Below, in pieces: positions 25,200 to 37,012 of a stretch of DNA of 64,000 nucleotides. Position 1 is the first letter of the stretch. Each line of letters opens with the position of its first letter. This stretch comes from Vicugna vicugna (Eukaryota), in NCBI GenBank assembly GCA_013265495.1, contig MU058206.1:374001-438000 (forward strand), given 5' to 3'. Made by a program: the position numbers and the translations under genes. Under the pieces are notes generated by a model. That model saw only the letters and a program-made list of their open reading frames with translations. It was not told the origin of the DNA and did no database searches.

Positions 25200-26930
25200 G
25201 CAGCTGTCGGGAAAGGAACTTAGAAAGGGGTCCGCTGGGAGAGTTAGGGCGCGGAGGGCTTTGAGAGTTCAGTAGCCAGGGCAGGCTCCCTGGCTCTCTG
25301 CGACTTGCTCAGTCCACGCAGCCAGAAAGGCGCGGGTAGTCGCTCGGCGGCGGCCCGGGGCGGCGAGCAGTAGGGTCGAAGCAGGGGAGGCCCGACAGGC
25401 GCGGGCGGCAGCGGAAACCCAACAGTTTTTCTGGGAATTGGCTGAGGTGGGGGTCGGCAGGGGTGGATCTGAGAAGCCCGCAGGGCCCGGGGCCACGGGT
25501 GAGGGATGCGGGGGAGGTGAATGCTACGGGTCAGTGCGGTCGGCGGAGGGCGGAGAACCTGACGTGAGGGGTGAGCCCGACCCATGGAAGAAGGCGGGGT
25601 TGAAGGTGGAGTGGGGGACGCAGGCGGACCCCCACCGTGTCTAGGCACCCGAGCCGAGCGTTCCGTCAGCTGAGGTCGGCTGGCAGGCCCGCGAGGAATG
25701 AGACGAATCTTGCCCGAAGCCGACTGGCATCTCGGCCGCTCTGTCTACCCCAGCCCTGACATCTGCACGGAATAGTCCCAAGGTGTCTCCGCTGAGTGGC
25801 GCAGGTTGGGGCCGCTAGGATCCGAAGAGGGACCCCCCCCATCCTATGGCGGGGCCGTTCCCCCGCTGAGATTCCTCGAGAGGCTGAGCCCGGACTCAGG
25901 AGGTAGCCAGATCCCCGCGGCGGCATCGCCGCGCGATCCAGGAGCCGCCCGGAGGGCCGGCGCTGCGCACTCCCCGAACCCGGGTCACCTTCCCTGCCAG
26001 CTGGGAACTCCTCTGTGAGTGCGGCCGGGCGGAGGAGGAGACTGCCCTGCGCCCACCGGGCTTCTAGGGCCCCAGAAAGCCGACTTCTCTAGCCAGCGGG
26101 TCTTGGAAGGTGTGCCTCAGGAGAGGGGGGCCCTTACAATAGGGGAGGCGATGGCAAACCCTGGGGCACTTTCCACCCACTGATGCTGGGAGGGGTACTC
26201 ATCCTGGCGTTCAAGGCCCACTCAGCCGGGCCCCTCCGAACACCTCACTACTGGCAGCAGGGAGGCTGCCACGCAGACACTGTCTCGGGCCTCTGAACTG
26301 TGCTTTGGAGTTCCCTTCGCGTGGAACGCCCTTCCCCCATCCTCTACGGGCCTCTCAGCCCAGCCCTCGTCCCAGCGCTTCTGCCCCTCCCCGCCCCAAG
26401 CTGGCGCCACCGCTCGGGGCTGAACTCTGGCCCCCCGCCGCGGGCACCGCCCCTACCCTCGCTCTGGCCTTTGCTGTCCTCCCAGGGTCACAGGACCGTT
26501 AAGAGTGGGAGCGCCCCGAGGGCAAGAACTGCTCACAGTGGACGCGGGGCTTGAAAGGAGGAGGGTGAAGCGGAAGGTAGTGAAGGGCTGAGCCCCGCGC
26601 CTGAGTTTTTGCTAACCCTTGGCCGAAATGCAAAGGAGATGCAAAAGAGCCCTTGAGCTGGAGCGCCCTCCCCTCTCACGGTGCACACACCGTCTCGTGC
26701 TGCCCCCAGAATCGGAGAAGCCGCCGCTGTCCCCGGAGCCCTCGGAGCGGCGCCCACAGGCCCCGATCAAGAAGCTCCGCAAGCCGAGGACCATCTACTC
26801 GAGTCTACAGCTGCAGCACCTGAACCAGCGTTTCCAGCACACGCAGTACCTGGCGCTGCCCGAGAGGGCCCAGCTGGCTGCGCAGCTCGGCCTCACCCAG
26901 ACACAGGTGGGGCCAGTCCCATCCTTTCTG
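25200..26930. promoter_or_regulatory. CpG island in DLX4 intron 1/exon 2 (possible alternative promoter)
   Basis: CpG-dense GC-rich block ending at exon 2. Confidence 0.7.
26710..26906 (+). CDS. DLX4: DLX4 coding exon 2 (N-terminal part of homeodomain)
   Basis: Acceptor cccccag|A at 26708-26710. Reads (E)[65 protein letters not shown]. Donor CAG|GTGGGG; 197 nt, frame consistent with exon 1. Confidence 0.97.
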
Positions 26931-27311
26931 CCCGCTAACCTTCCTCGTGTGTGTTCTCTGGAAACTCACTCCCAGGTGTGAATGACTGATGAGCCCCCTA
27001 GCCCTATTTTCACAGTTCTCAGGGTGGGTGTTCATAGCTGGCCCCCAGTAAATTGGGGGAATGTGTTAAAAGGTGTAGGGTGGGTAGGTAGAGGGTTGAT
27101 TCAGTGGATAGAGGAGGTACCCAGACTGGGAGAACTGGATACTAACTCAGAGGTAGGAACTTAGGGGCTATGGAGGACTGGAGCAGGTGTTCCCAACTTC
27201 TGCCCTTTTCCCGGGACAACTCCCTCCTGCGGGATCCCTTTCCCTGAGTCATACCCTTCCACACAAACACTCCTCCTGACCTTCCATTCTGTCCCCTTTT
27301 CCTCCCCATAG

Positions 27312-27554
27312 GTAAAGATCTGGTTTCAGAACAAACGCTCCAAGTACAAGAAGCTCCTGAAGCAGAACTCAGGGGGACAGGAAGGGGACTTCTCTGGGAG
27401 GTCCCCCTCCCTGTCTCCTTGCTCCCCACCCCTTCCATCCCTCTGGGATCTACCCAAGGCAGGGGCCCTGCCCACCGGTGGCTATGGCAACAGCTTTGGA
27501 GGCTGGTATCAGCATCATTCCCCCGATGTCCTGGCTCCACCTCAGATGATGTGA
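27312..27554 (+). CDS. DLX4: DLX4 coding exon 3 (homeodomain helix 3 and C-terminus)
   Basis: Polypyrimidine tract then catag|GTA AAG ATC TGG TTT CAG AAC AAA CGC (VKIWFQNKRSKYKK), ending PQMM-TGA at 27552-27554. Spliced CDS is 705 nt = 234 aa plus stop. Confidence 0.97.
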   Translation, partial: VKIWFQNKRSKYKKLLKQNSGGQEGDFSGRSPSLSPCSPPLPSLWDLPKAGALPTGGYGNSFGGWYQHHSPDVLAPPQMM

Positions 27555-28536
27555 GTCCAGAAAAGGACAGGTCAGGCCCCCAGCCGTCCTGCAAAGCCCA
27601 GGCAGGACCCAGCCCAACTGTACCCCTTCTGGGCCTGAGGAAACCAGTTCCAGATGGGTTTCCTCAGGAGGATGAGGAGCTTGAGAAGAAAAAGGATTGG
27701 GTGGAGTTCTCTCCTCCATGCCTCTTAACCAAAACAGCCTTAAACTTTGCCCCGCCCCCAGTCCTAGACCAAGGACTGGACACCTTCCCTCCAGCTGGTC
27801 AAAGGCTCTGGAGACAGAATTATTGGCTGGAGTTCAGACTGTTCCCAGCATCCCTAGTCTTGCCACCCCTTCCTTGAGAGGACTACAGTCCCACCGCAGG
27901 CTGGGGTCAAGCCAGCAGCAAACACTGAGGGTTTTTCTCTTTGTGTGCCTTGGGCCTTGCCCAACTCCACTGGTGAGTGAAAGCAGAAGTACAATGGACA
28001 TGTCCAGAGTCTTCAAGTTGACCACCATCGAGACCTACCCACTGATTTTTCTTGGAGGTCAGCCCATTACCCCTGTAACTGATACACTTACTCACCATCC
28101 TAGGAGGTAAATGGAATACTGAAAATGTGGAGTTTTGTGGATCTATGGGTAATTTTTGCTTTCTTCCTAAAAGAGCCCTCTTGTCCCATGTCTATCCACT
28201 TTGAATAGAAAATGGATCCAATTATCCATCTAGTTCAATGAGTATTGAATCTAAACCCATTCCTAATATGTGGAATCCACATGCCCACAAATCCATGTGC
28301 CCACATTGTCGGGGAGGGGAGGGGAGGGTGCATCAGTAGGATAGCACCTTGGGGAGAATGGGGACAAACAGGCTCTGTGGATAAGTGAACGTAGAGACAC
28401 CCCAAATAGGTGGGGGTGGGTCCAGCAATTCCCCTCCTCACAGCTGTCTGTCCAAAGGAACTGCTCATACTTATAACCAATCTGACTGGCAGCCCCCCAA
28501 GCTCTTACCATCCCCCCATATCATGAGCTTTCAGGG

Positions 28537-28542
28537 ATTAAA
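28537..28542 (+). terminator. Candidate DLX4 polyadenylation signal (ATTAAA)
   Basis: ATTAAA ~1 kb past the stop, followed by GT-rich sequence (ctgtgaggtatgttcagtttc); no canonical AATAAA noticed earlier in the 3' UTR. Confidence 0.5.
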
Positions 28543-29256
28543 GTTTGAACAGAAAGCTGGGCCCTGGCTGTGAGGTATGTTCAGTTTCATGACTTCCCAG
28601 GCTGGGAGTGACTGCTTGGCTTTCTCTTCTCCCCCATCTGACTCTTCCAGCACTGAACTAGAGCCACTGGATCCTAGTGTTGCTTCTGCCACTAACTAGC
28701 TATCTGGTTCTAGCTCTGGAATGTTCTAATAATGTCCACAGGTTCAAACACTCCTGTGTGAAACCGGAAGATGCTGATACTGGTAATGACCAAAGTGTGA
28801 ATGATCCTCACAGCACATTCTCTCCCGGCCCAGTTCTGAAGGGAGCTGGCACTTCACAGCCCCCTGTGCCCACCTTCAGTGCTCACCTGGGGAGAGGACA
28901 TGCCCACTGAGTCAGTGAGGGTCTCCCCTGGGAGAAGTGTGCTCCTTGGGGTGGAATGGCCCCAGCTCACCTAGTGGAAGGAGGGAGTGGGCTGGGGAGG
29001 AGAAGGAAGACCCAAGAAGGAGCTGGACTTTTTTTCCATCCAACAAACATTTGTAGAGCTTCTGCTCTGTGTTAGATCCTGGGGATATCAAGGTGACCTA
29101 GGCAGAGCCTGCGAGCTAACAGGGAGCCAGAAGATGACCAGCCACTTGTGTGGTAAGTGCCTGGTGAGGGGAAGTACAGAGGGCAGTGAGGGCACAGTCT
29201 ATTAGAGGGACTCCAACTCAGCCTGGAAAATGTAGATTCATGACCACTGCTCCCCA

Positions 29257-29258
<2 letters not shown>

Positions 29259-29295
<37 letters not shown>
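29259..29295. repeat. (AC)n microsatellite
   Basis: About 18 perfect AC units. Confidence 0.95.
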
Positions 29296-29298
<3 letters not shown>

Positions 29299-30329
29299 CA
29301 CCCAGTGGCAGGGGGACTGAGGCCAGGGGCAGCAAATAATTCAGGGAATCCAGCCCAGCCTGGCCCGAGGCCTTGGGGGAGGGGCCTCTAATTCCAGGCA
29401 AAAGACTCCCAAGTCAAGCTTCCCTCTTACTACCTAAACCTGTTCCCAAGCAAACTGGGGGCTATCTCAGTCTGAAGAGCCCTGCTCAGGCACCTGCACC
29501 AACCCTGGCTAGCCTGAGAAGCTCAGATTGGGGTCTTATGTAGGGGACAGGGCTTATGACAGTTAGTGGAAGCGCCCACCTCTGGAGCCCTGCAGTCAGT
29601 CCCTCCTAGGCCCTATTCTGTGCTACTGGCCACCCCCACTCCCCAAAACACTTGTGGAAGGTTCTCCTGGGGATGACAAATGCCATGGGGTGGGTCAAAG
29701 TCAAGATCCAGGAGCAGTGAGGAATGAGGATGCCAAGAGAAGAAAGATCTTCCTCTTCCCATCAATTTCTTCTGCCCCAGCCACCCCACTTCCCCTGCTC
29801 CATCTCCATGGGATCTCAGGGGCCCTGGCCCCAGATTCCTCCTCTGGGTCTTCTCTGAGGCCATAGGTCCTCAGGGCAGCTGTTCCCTCCCACTGCAGGT
29901 TGCACACTCTTCTTTCCACAGACCTGAGATAAGATCTACCGCCCCATCTCGGAAAGCCTCCAAAGGCGAGATTAATTGGACAGCCCAACACGAGTCGCAT
30001 CGTTAAAACAACAGCCCAAGTTGTAAAGTTAAGTAGCAGAAGAGTGTAATTACCCTCCCAGCCAGAGGCCAGCGGAGCTGATTCTCTGCCTCCATCCACC
30101 CATCCTCCCTTTCCAGGGGAAATGGGAATCCTTTCCCACTTGGGAGCTGGTCCAGTTTCCCAGGGCTCCTGAGTGCCGATGGGACTGGACTTCCCGCAGA
30201 AGAGATGCCCTGTGCCCTCCCCACAACCCAGCTGAACTGTAGGAGGAAAACCTGTGGTTTCTTCCTATGAGGATATCTCTCTGAGAAAACTGGGGTGATA
30301 AGGGAGTGGGGACACTACCACATGGTTAA

Positions 30330-30535
30330 GAACCAGTGGCCTCCATAGTCCAGCTCCCCTGTGTGACTTTTGGAAAGTTGCTTAACCTCTCTCTGAACCT
30401 CCTTTTTCTCCCCACTAAGATGGGAATACTAAGAGGACCTGCTTCCCAGTGTGGTTGTGATGATGAAATGAGATAGTGCTCGTAACATGCTTGACATGGT
30501 GCCTGGAACATAGTAAGCACTTAATAAATGGCGTT
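30330..30535. mobile_element. MIR SINE
   Basis: gtgtgactttggaaagttgcttaacctctctctgaacctc...gtgcctggaacatagtaagcacttaataaatg. Confidence 0.7.
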
Positions 30536-33500
30536 CATAGCAGCCGTGATTGTCAGAGAGGCAGGGTCACAGTGAGGGTGAGTTCATACTGCCACTGCCA
30601 TCTATTCACCTCTTGCCTCTGGCCCTTCTGCCTCCTCAGGGTAGGGAGGAGGAAAAGGGGCTGGAGACTAAACTCCATGCATCACTGGTCACCACCTTTG
30701 AGAGCAGGGCACAGACAGCGTCGGGGACCTCTCACCTGCTGGGTCTCAGCCACAGGAAAGCTGACTTGGGGCTGTCCTTCCCTCTCCCCACGTGCTGTTT
30801 TAAGACACGTCCCCCCATCACTCCCCCAAGAAAATGAGATTCAATTAATTCAATTAAAGCAATTTTAGAAGCAGCTCCTAAAGTCTTTCAATGTGAGATA
30901 ATTACAAGTAATTTACCTCTGTGAAGAGGGAAAGGGCGCATGGGGTCTGGGGGGAGAGGCGTTAGCCCCCTCCCCGCCAAGCACACACAGATCTGGAGGG
31001 ATTCCACACTGCCATCTGAACTGCCCTCCCATTGGCCAAATTACTTGCAGGTGGGAAGAAGGAGCATGTGGTGGTGGGAGGGGGCGGGGAAGACAGAATG
31101 ACAGTCTGCTCCTCCCCCACTCGCAAATCTGCGCTACGAGGTGGGGGCGGGGAGCTGGTTGTTCCCCGACAAAATGTCTGCATAGCCCTAGCAGCTGATT
31201 ACTCAGCGCCAAACCTCACTTGAGTCTGGATGCCTGAACTTGCCTCTGGGATTGTATCCAGAGTTGATGGAATGCTACCCGGGGTAGCTCAGGCCTGGGT
31301 AGACAGGGCCTTCGAGAGATCAAGGACTTCCCCAGAACTTATAAGGGATGTGGGTAGAGAGGAGAAAGGCCAGAGAAGACACACGTTGACTTCCTGCTTC
31401 CAAGGAGATGATGATCCACCTACTCTGTCTCCTCCCCTGATCAGCTTTCTAGTCCTGCCTGGCACCCAACCTCAACTCTTTCCCTTGTAGTGGTGGCAGA
31501 TCTCCTCTCAGCTTTCTGACCTCAGGGCCACTGAAGCCTCTTCCTTCAGAAAAGCATCCTGCAGGTGCTTCCCACCCCCAGTTCACCTGAGATAACCCTT
31601 TCCTTGCCAGGGCTCATTTGGCCTGGGCAGAGGTGGAGGGGGTGACGGTGCTGAGAGGACACTGGCAGCGAAAGGGAGGAGGCAGGGGGCTGAGACCAGC
31701 ATGTGGGGATGGGCTTCAGGCCTCTGCAAAGTCTCCTCTAAATCCTGTCCTCAAAGTACCTGATTTTTAAGGGTCTATGCAAATAGCCCCTATTCCAAGA
31801 GGTGAGTAATGTTTTAACAATGGTGCTGGGAAAGAAAAATTCATTGACCCCAAAGTATTTCTTTTTCATATCTTCCCTTCTCTTCCGTCTGTCTCCTGGC
31901 TTCTCCCTTCCAAGAAGGAGTGAAGAGGAGGGGCCCTTCAGCTCTAGTCCCTCCCCTCTCCAGGCCTTGCCCTGACTCCTTTCTCTGGGTAGCATTGCTG
32001 CTGGACCTGGGGCAGCCAGGGAGAAATTCTGTCAGTGAGTCTCTGGGCGACTACTGTCTCTTCCCTTCCAAGATGAAAAAATAGAGAAAAGGGACTGCCT
32101 CCTCATGCCTCCCCTTCCGCCTTTCCTGGCCAGCTCAGATTGGTTGGGATGGGGGTGGATTAAAGGTTCTTCTACCCCAGATCTCAAAATACAAAGGCCT
32201 CAGACAAATGCACAGAGACAGGCAGATGCAAGGACCCAGGCACAGGGACATCATAAGTGCACACACGTTGCCAAAAAGAAGGTGCACGCACAGACAGGCA
32301 GACACACAAACCAGCGTACGTTGAGTGGGCAGAGCCGCACACGGAGACACGTAGGCACGGGTGTAGGAAGCCTTCCATGAAAGTACATAGACATATACAG
32401 AGAAATACACTCACAGGTTGTGTACTCACAGAGAAACACGCCACAGAGGGATGAACCAAGAAGGAAATGCCCGGGGACTGGAACATCCCCAGAAATACAG
32501 ACCGTCTTCCCTGTGTGCAGGACAGGGTGGGATGGGCAGGGCGGAGGGCAGGGCAGGTCCCTATCTCTCTCTCTCTTCTCCCACCCCTTCTCATTCCCAC
32601 CCCCTTTTCCTGGTGGTCCATCTCCTATTTTCTGGGAATATTTCCCTGGTAAGCAGTTGGGGAGGGAGGCTGAAAGCACACAGAACCTGATAATTTAATT
32701 ATGAATTTATTTTCTTTGTTCTCTGAAGCCTTGCCTGCTTCCTTTCCTGAGGTCTAGCAAGAGCTCCTGTCCCAGCCCTTCCCGGCACATCCCCCAACTT
32801 CCAGATGTGGCCATAGACTGGCACAGGAACCCAAAGGCTGTCCTCTTGGGTGTCTCCAGTGATCCTTCTGCTCCACCACCCTGACAGCAACTCCAACACC
32901 AGGGAAAGAGGAGGGGGCCTGGAATCACAAGGTGGTCAGGAAAGCTCTGCTGTATTACTTCTTGCTTTGACCGTAGGCAAGTTACACATCCTCTCTGAAG
33001 CTCAGATAATTTCTCTTCCTAAATTCTCCGTGTGCGCATGTGTGCACGTGGGGTGTGTAAGGGATTGATGTGTATCCACCACCACTTTCCACTCCAGTTT
33101 GGGACATTGTAAAGCAGAGTCTGTCTCTCCCATCAGACTTGGGGCTCCCCGAGAACAGGGCTTTGCTTCCTCCATCAGATTGGATGCTTTCTGCAGCTCT
33201 TTTCAACCCCAGAGTTTGATGTCTTTAAGATGCTCAGCCCCGTTGGCGTCCTGGGGGACATGTCTGGCCAGCCTAGGAATGAAAGAAGTTGGCCTCAAGC
33301 TTCCTTTAAACGTCAAGTTTTCTGATTCAGCTCCTCACTGTGCCAGGCCTTCAGCCTCTCTGGCCCCAAAATGGAGAGATTACTTCATTTCCAGGGGAGG
33401 GTGCCACTCTCCGTGGAATATATGTGGAATACATTCCCCTCAGCTTCAGCTGAACCATACCCTTTCAGAGTTCAGTTGAACTTGGAGTCAGATGGAAGGA

Positions 33501-35585
33501 AGAGCCTTTGGCCAGCCTGAGGAACTCCACTCTGGCCTGTAGCCCCTACTCTCTCCCCCGCCTCATTTCAAGCTGAAGGGTAACAAACAAGCCAAATCGT
33601 CAGGCCAGGAGCAGGGCATCCAGATGATCCCACTCAGACCACGGGGGCATCATTCTCTCCCCACTCTGCTCAGGAATCCGGGTGATCATCTTCTCTGTCC
33701 TGTTTTGCCTGACCTGTCAGGATTTGTACTCCTTCCTCAGACTGGAGGTTGCCAGAGAGCAGGGCACTGGCCTCCCTTCTTGGACTGGGGGGGGGGGCTC
33801 CGCTCTCAGTGGTTCCTTCCTCTGCCTGATCACCCCTTCCCCAAGCCTCATGTTCCCACTCTTTGGGGGTGGAGGGCCTCAGTGTGTGGGGTTGGGCAGA
33901 GGACTAAGAGTGGGTGGGGACATGGGACCCTTGTCCAGGTCCCTGCCCCCACTGACCACCATGCCTGCTACAGAGCCACTAGACAATTTTTCTCAAGTTG
34001 GACCCAGGAGCTGCTTTCTCTGTCCCTGCAAGCTGGGGCCTGCTGCAAACTCCTCCTCCCAGCCCTGGAGCCACCGGGAATTCTTTGCTCCAACAGATCC
34101 TGGGGGAAGCCAGACTGCGGGAGGCTGCTGACATGCCTCTGCTGGGCTCCTGTCACATTCCCCAAGCCCAGGGGGATCAGCTAGATCCACCAATGCAGGC
34201 TACTTCCATCCCTCCTGACATCCTCAGGTCCTCCTACCTCCCTCTCCAAAGCCTGAGTCTGCCCTGGGACTCATCCCTGGCTTTGGCTCCCTCTGACTCC
34301 CAGCCCGTTGGCAGCTCCATCTAAACAATAAGAGTTATTCCCCCAGCCCCTCGGAAAATAAAACGTGTCTCCTCATCCAGAGAGATTTTATGGAGTCTCC
34401 GGAATGCAGACACACGTCTGAGAGGCCTTGGGCAAGTCACTTTACCTTTCTGGGTCTTTATTCCTCACCTGTGTAGTGGGGATAATGATCAAAATGATAT
34501 CTCAGAAGGTCATGGAGACAGGGAGAGTGCACCCTTGGTATATTGTGAAATACACCAGATATTTCAGGGGGTATGGTGTCCTATTCCTTTGCCTTGGTTC
34601 CAGCATCAACCCAAATTCTCTTATGACCCACAATTTACCACATAGTGGTGCAGAGTATAGTCATCCCCAGGAACACAAAGTAATAAAGAAAAGAGCCAGA
34701 TACCTGAGTTCCAGTCCAACTCTATGACCCTGGGAAAGTTACCTCCTCCTCCTCCTTCTTGAGGTAAGATTGGTTTATTATATAAATTAGGCAAGTTTCT
34801 GAACCTTTCTGTACCCCACCTTCCTCATCTGGAAAATGAAGGTAATAATAGCATGTGCTTCTTAGAGTGGTGAGAACTAAATGAATTAAAACGCAAAAGG
34901 CACGATAATGCAGTAAGGATTCAGTAAGGATTTGTTGTTAGTATTATCTCTGACAAAGCAAAGAAAACCTTCTCTGTCCATGAGGGGGTCTTGTCCATCC
35001 CTGTTCCTCTGTCAGTCTCCACCTGGGAGCAGAGCCCTGACTCCCCCAAACACCCACCAGTGTGAATGGTGGGCTAGAGAGAAGCTGCTTTGTGAAAAGG
35101 GAAGTTGTGCAGGACACTGGCTAAATGGTGAGGACTTCTGGACTTCTGGCCGTGCTTCCAGGATAGCCCTCTGGGCACCCCAGGTGGGAAAGTGCCTGAA
35201 GAGAAACTATCCAGTACCTGCCTGGGTCAGAGTTAATGCAGAGGCAGATGAGGCCCCTGAATTCTTTATTCATGAAAGATTATCTCTGCTGTAACCCCAG
35301 AAGCTCTCCCTCTAGATCTCCCACCGAAAAAAAAAAAAAAGCAGAGAAAAAAAATTTATTTTTACCGTCAAGAGGCTCTGGAGGCGGGGGTTGGGGGGAA
35401 CCTTCCAGCAGCAAGAAAATTTTGGTATAGTGGCTGGATACAAGATAAATATAGGGTGCTGTTCTCTAGTCTAGCAATAAATAAGGGAAAATATTCCTGT
35501 TAAAATGGAAACACAAAATAATAAAATACTCTGAGTATATAGATGTGGAGAAGCAGCTCTTGACCTGATTAGTAACTGAAAGATA

Positions 35586-35920
35586 CAGGCATACCTCAGA
35601 GATATTGTGGGTTCAGTTCCAGATTACTACACTAAAAATGAATATTGCAATAAAGTGAGTCACACAAATTTTTTGGTTTCCCAGTGCATAGAAAAGTTGT
35701 TTACACTGTACTGTAGTTGTTTACACTACACTTTGGTCTATTAAGTGTGCAATAATACTCGGTCTAAAAAAACAATGTACATACCGTAAAAAATAATGCC
35801 ATTGGAAAAATGGCACCAATAGACTTGCTCAACCAGAGATTGTAACAAACCTTCACTTTGTGAAAAAGGCAGTATCTGTGAAGAGCAATAAAGTGAAGCA
35901 CAATAAACAAGGTATGCCTG
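35586..35920 (-). mobile_element. Tigger1-derived non-autonomous DNA transposon (TcMar-Tigger); right end duplicated at 37013-37032
   Basis: TA then CAGGCATACCT at 35584-35596, inverted repeat AGGTATGCCTG at 35910-35920; the interior matches both recalled Tigger1 ends with the middle deleted. Confidence 0.85.
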
Positions 35921-37012
35921 CAAAGGAAATCATAAATAAAATGAAAAGACAACATACAGACTGGGAGGAAGTATTTATAAACGATGCAGCTGATAAGGGC
36001 TTAACTTCCAGAATACACAAACAGCTCATACAACTCAATACCAAAAAACAAATAATCCCAATCAAAAAATGGGCAGAAGACCTAAACAAATGTTTCTCCA
36101 ATGAAGACACACAGATGACCAATTGACACATGAAAAGATGCTAATATTGCTAATTATCAGAGAAATGCAAATCAAAACTACAATGAGGTATCACCTCACA
36201 CCAGTCAGAAAAGTCATCATTAAAAAGACCACAAATAACAAATGCTGGAGAGGGTGTGGAGAAGAGGGAACCTTCCTACACTGTTGGTGGGAATGTAGTT
36301 TGGTGCAACCATTACAGAAAATAGTATGGAGATTCCTTAAAAACTTGAAAATAGGCTTATCCTATGATCAAGAAATCCCACTCCTGGGCATATACCTGGG
36401 GAAAATTCTAATTTGAAAGGATACATGCACCCCAATGTTCATAGCAGCACTACTTACAATAGCCAAGACATGGAAGCAACCTAAATGTCTATTGACAGAT
36501 GATTGGATAAAGAAGATGTGGTATATATATGTATACATACATATACAGACAATGGAATACCACTTAGCCATAAAAAATAAAGAAATAATGCCATTTGCAG
36601 CAACATGGATGGGCTTAGAGATGATCATACTAAGTGAAGTAAGTCAGACAGAGAAAGACAAATATCATACGAAATCACTTACATGGACTCTTTAAAAAAT
36701 GGTGCAAATGAATTTGTTTACAAAATAGAAAGAGACTCACAGTTATAGAAAACAAACTTATGGTTACCAGCAGGGCCAAGTCAGGGGTGGTGATAAATAA
36801 GGAGTCTGGGCTTTGCAGATACTAACTACTATACATAAGATAGAAAAACAACAAGGTCTTAATGTTTAGCACAGGGAACTATATAAAATTTCTTGTAATA
36901 ACCTATAAATGATAGAGAATATATATGTATAAATGAATTGAAATGCTGTACATCAGAAACTAACACATTATAAATCAACTATACTTCAATTAAACAAAAT
37001 ACACACCAAAAA
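35921..37012 (+). mobile_element. 5'-truncated LINE-1 (ORF2 3' end plus 3' UTR)
   Basis: L1 ORF2 peptides ([55 protein letters not shown]) and A-rich tail. Confidence 0.92.
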
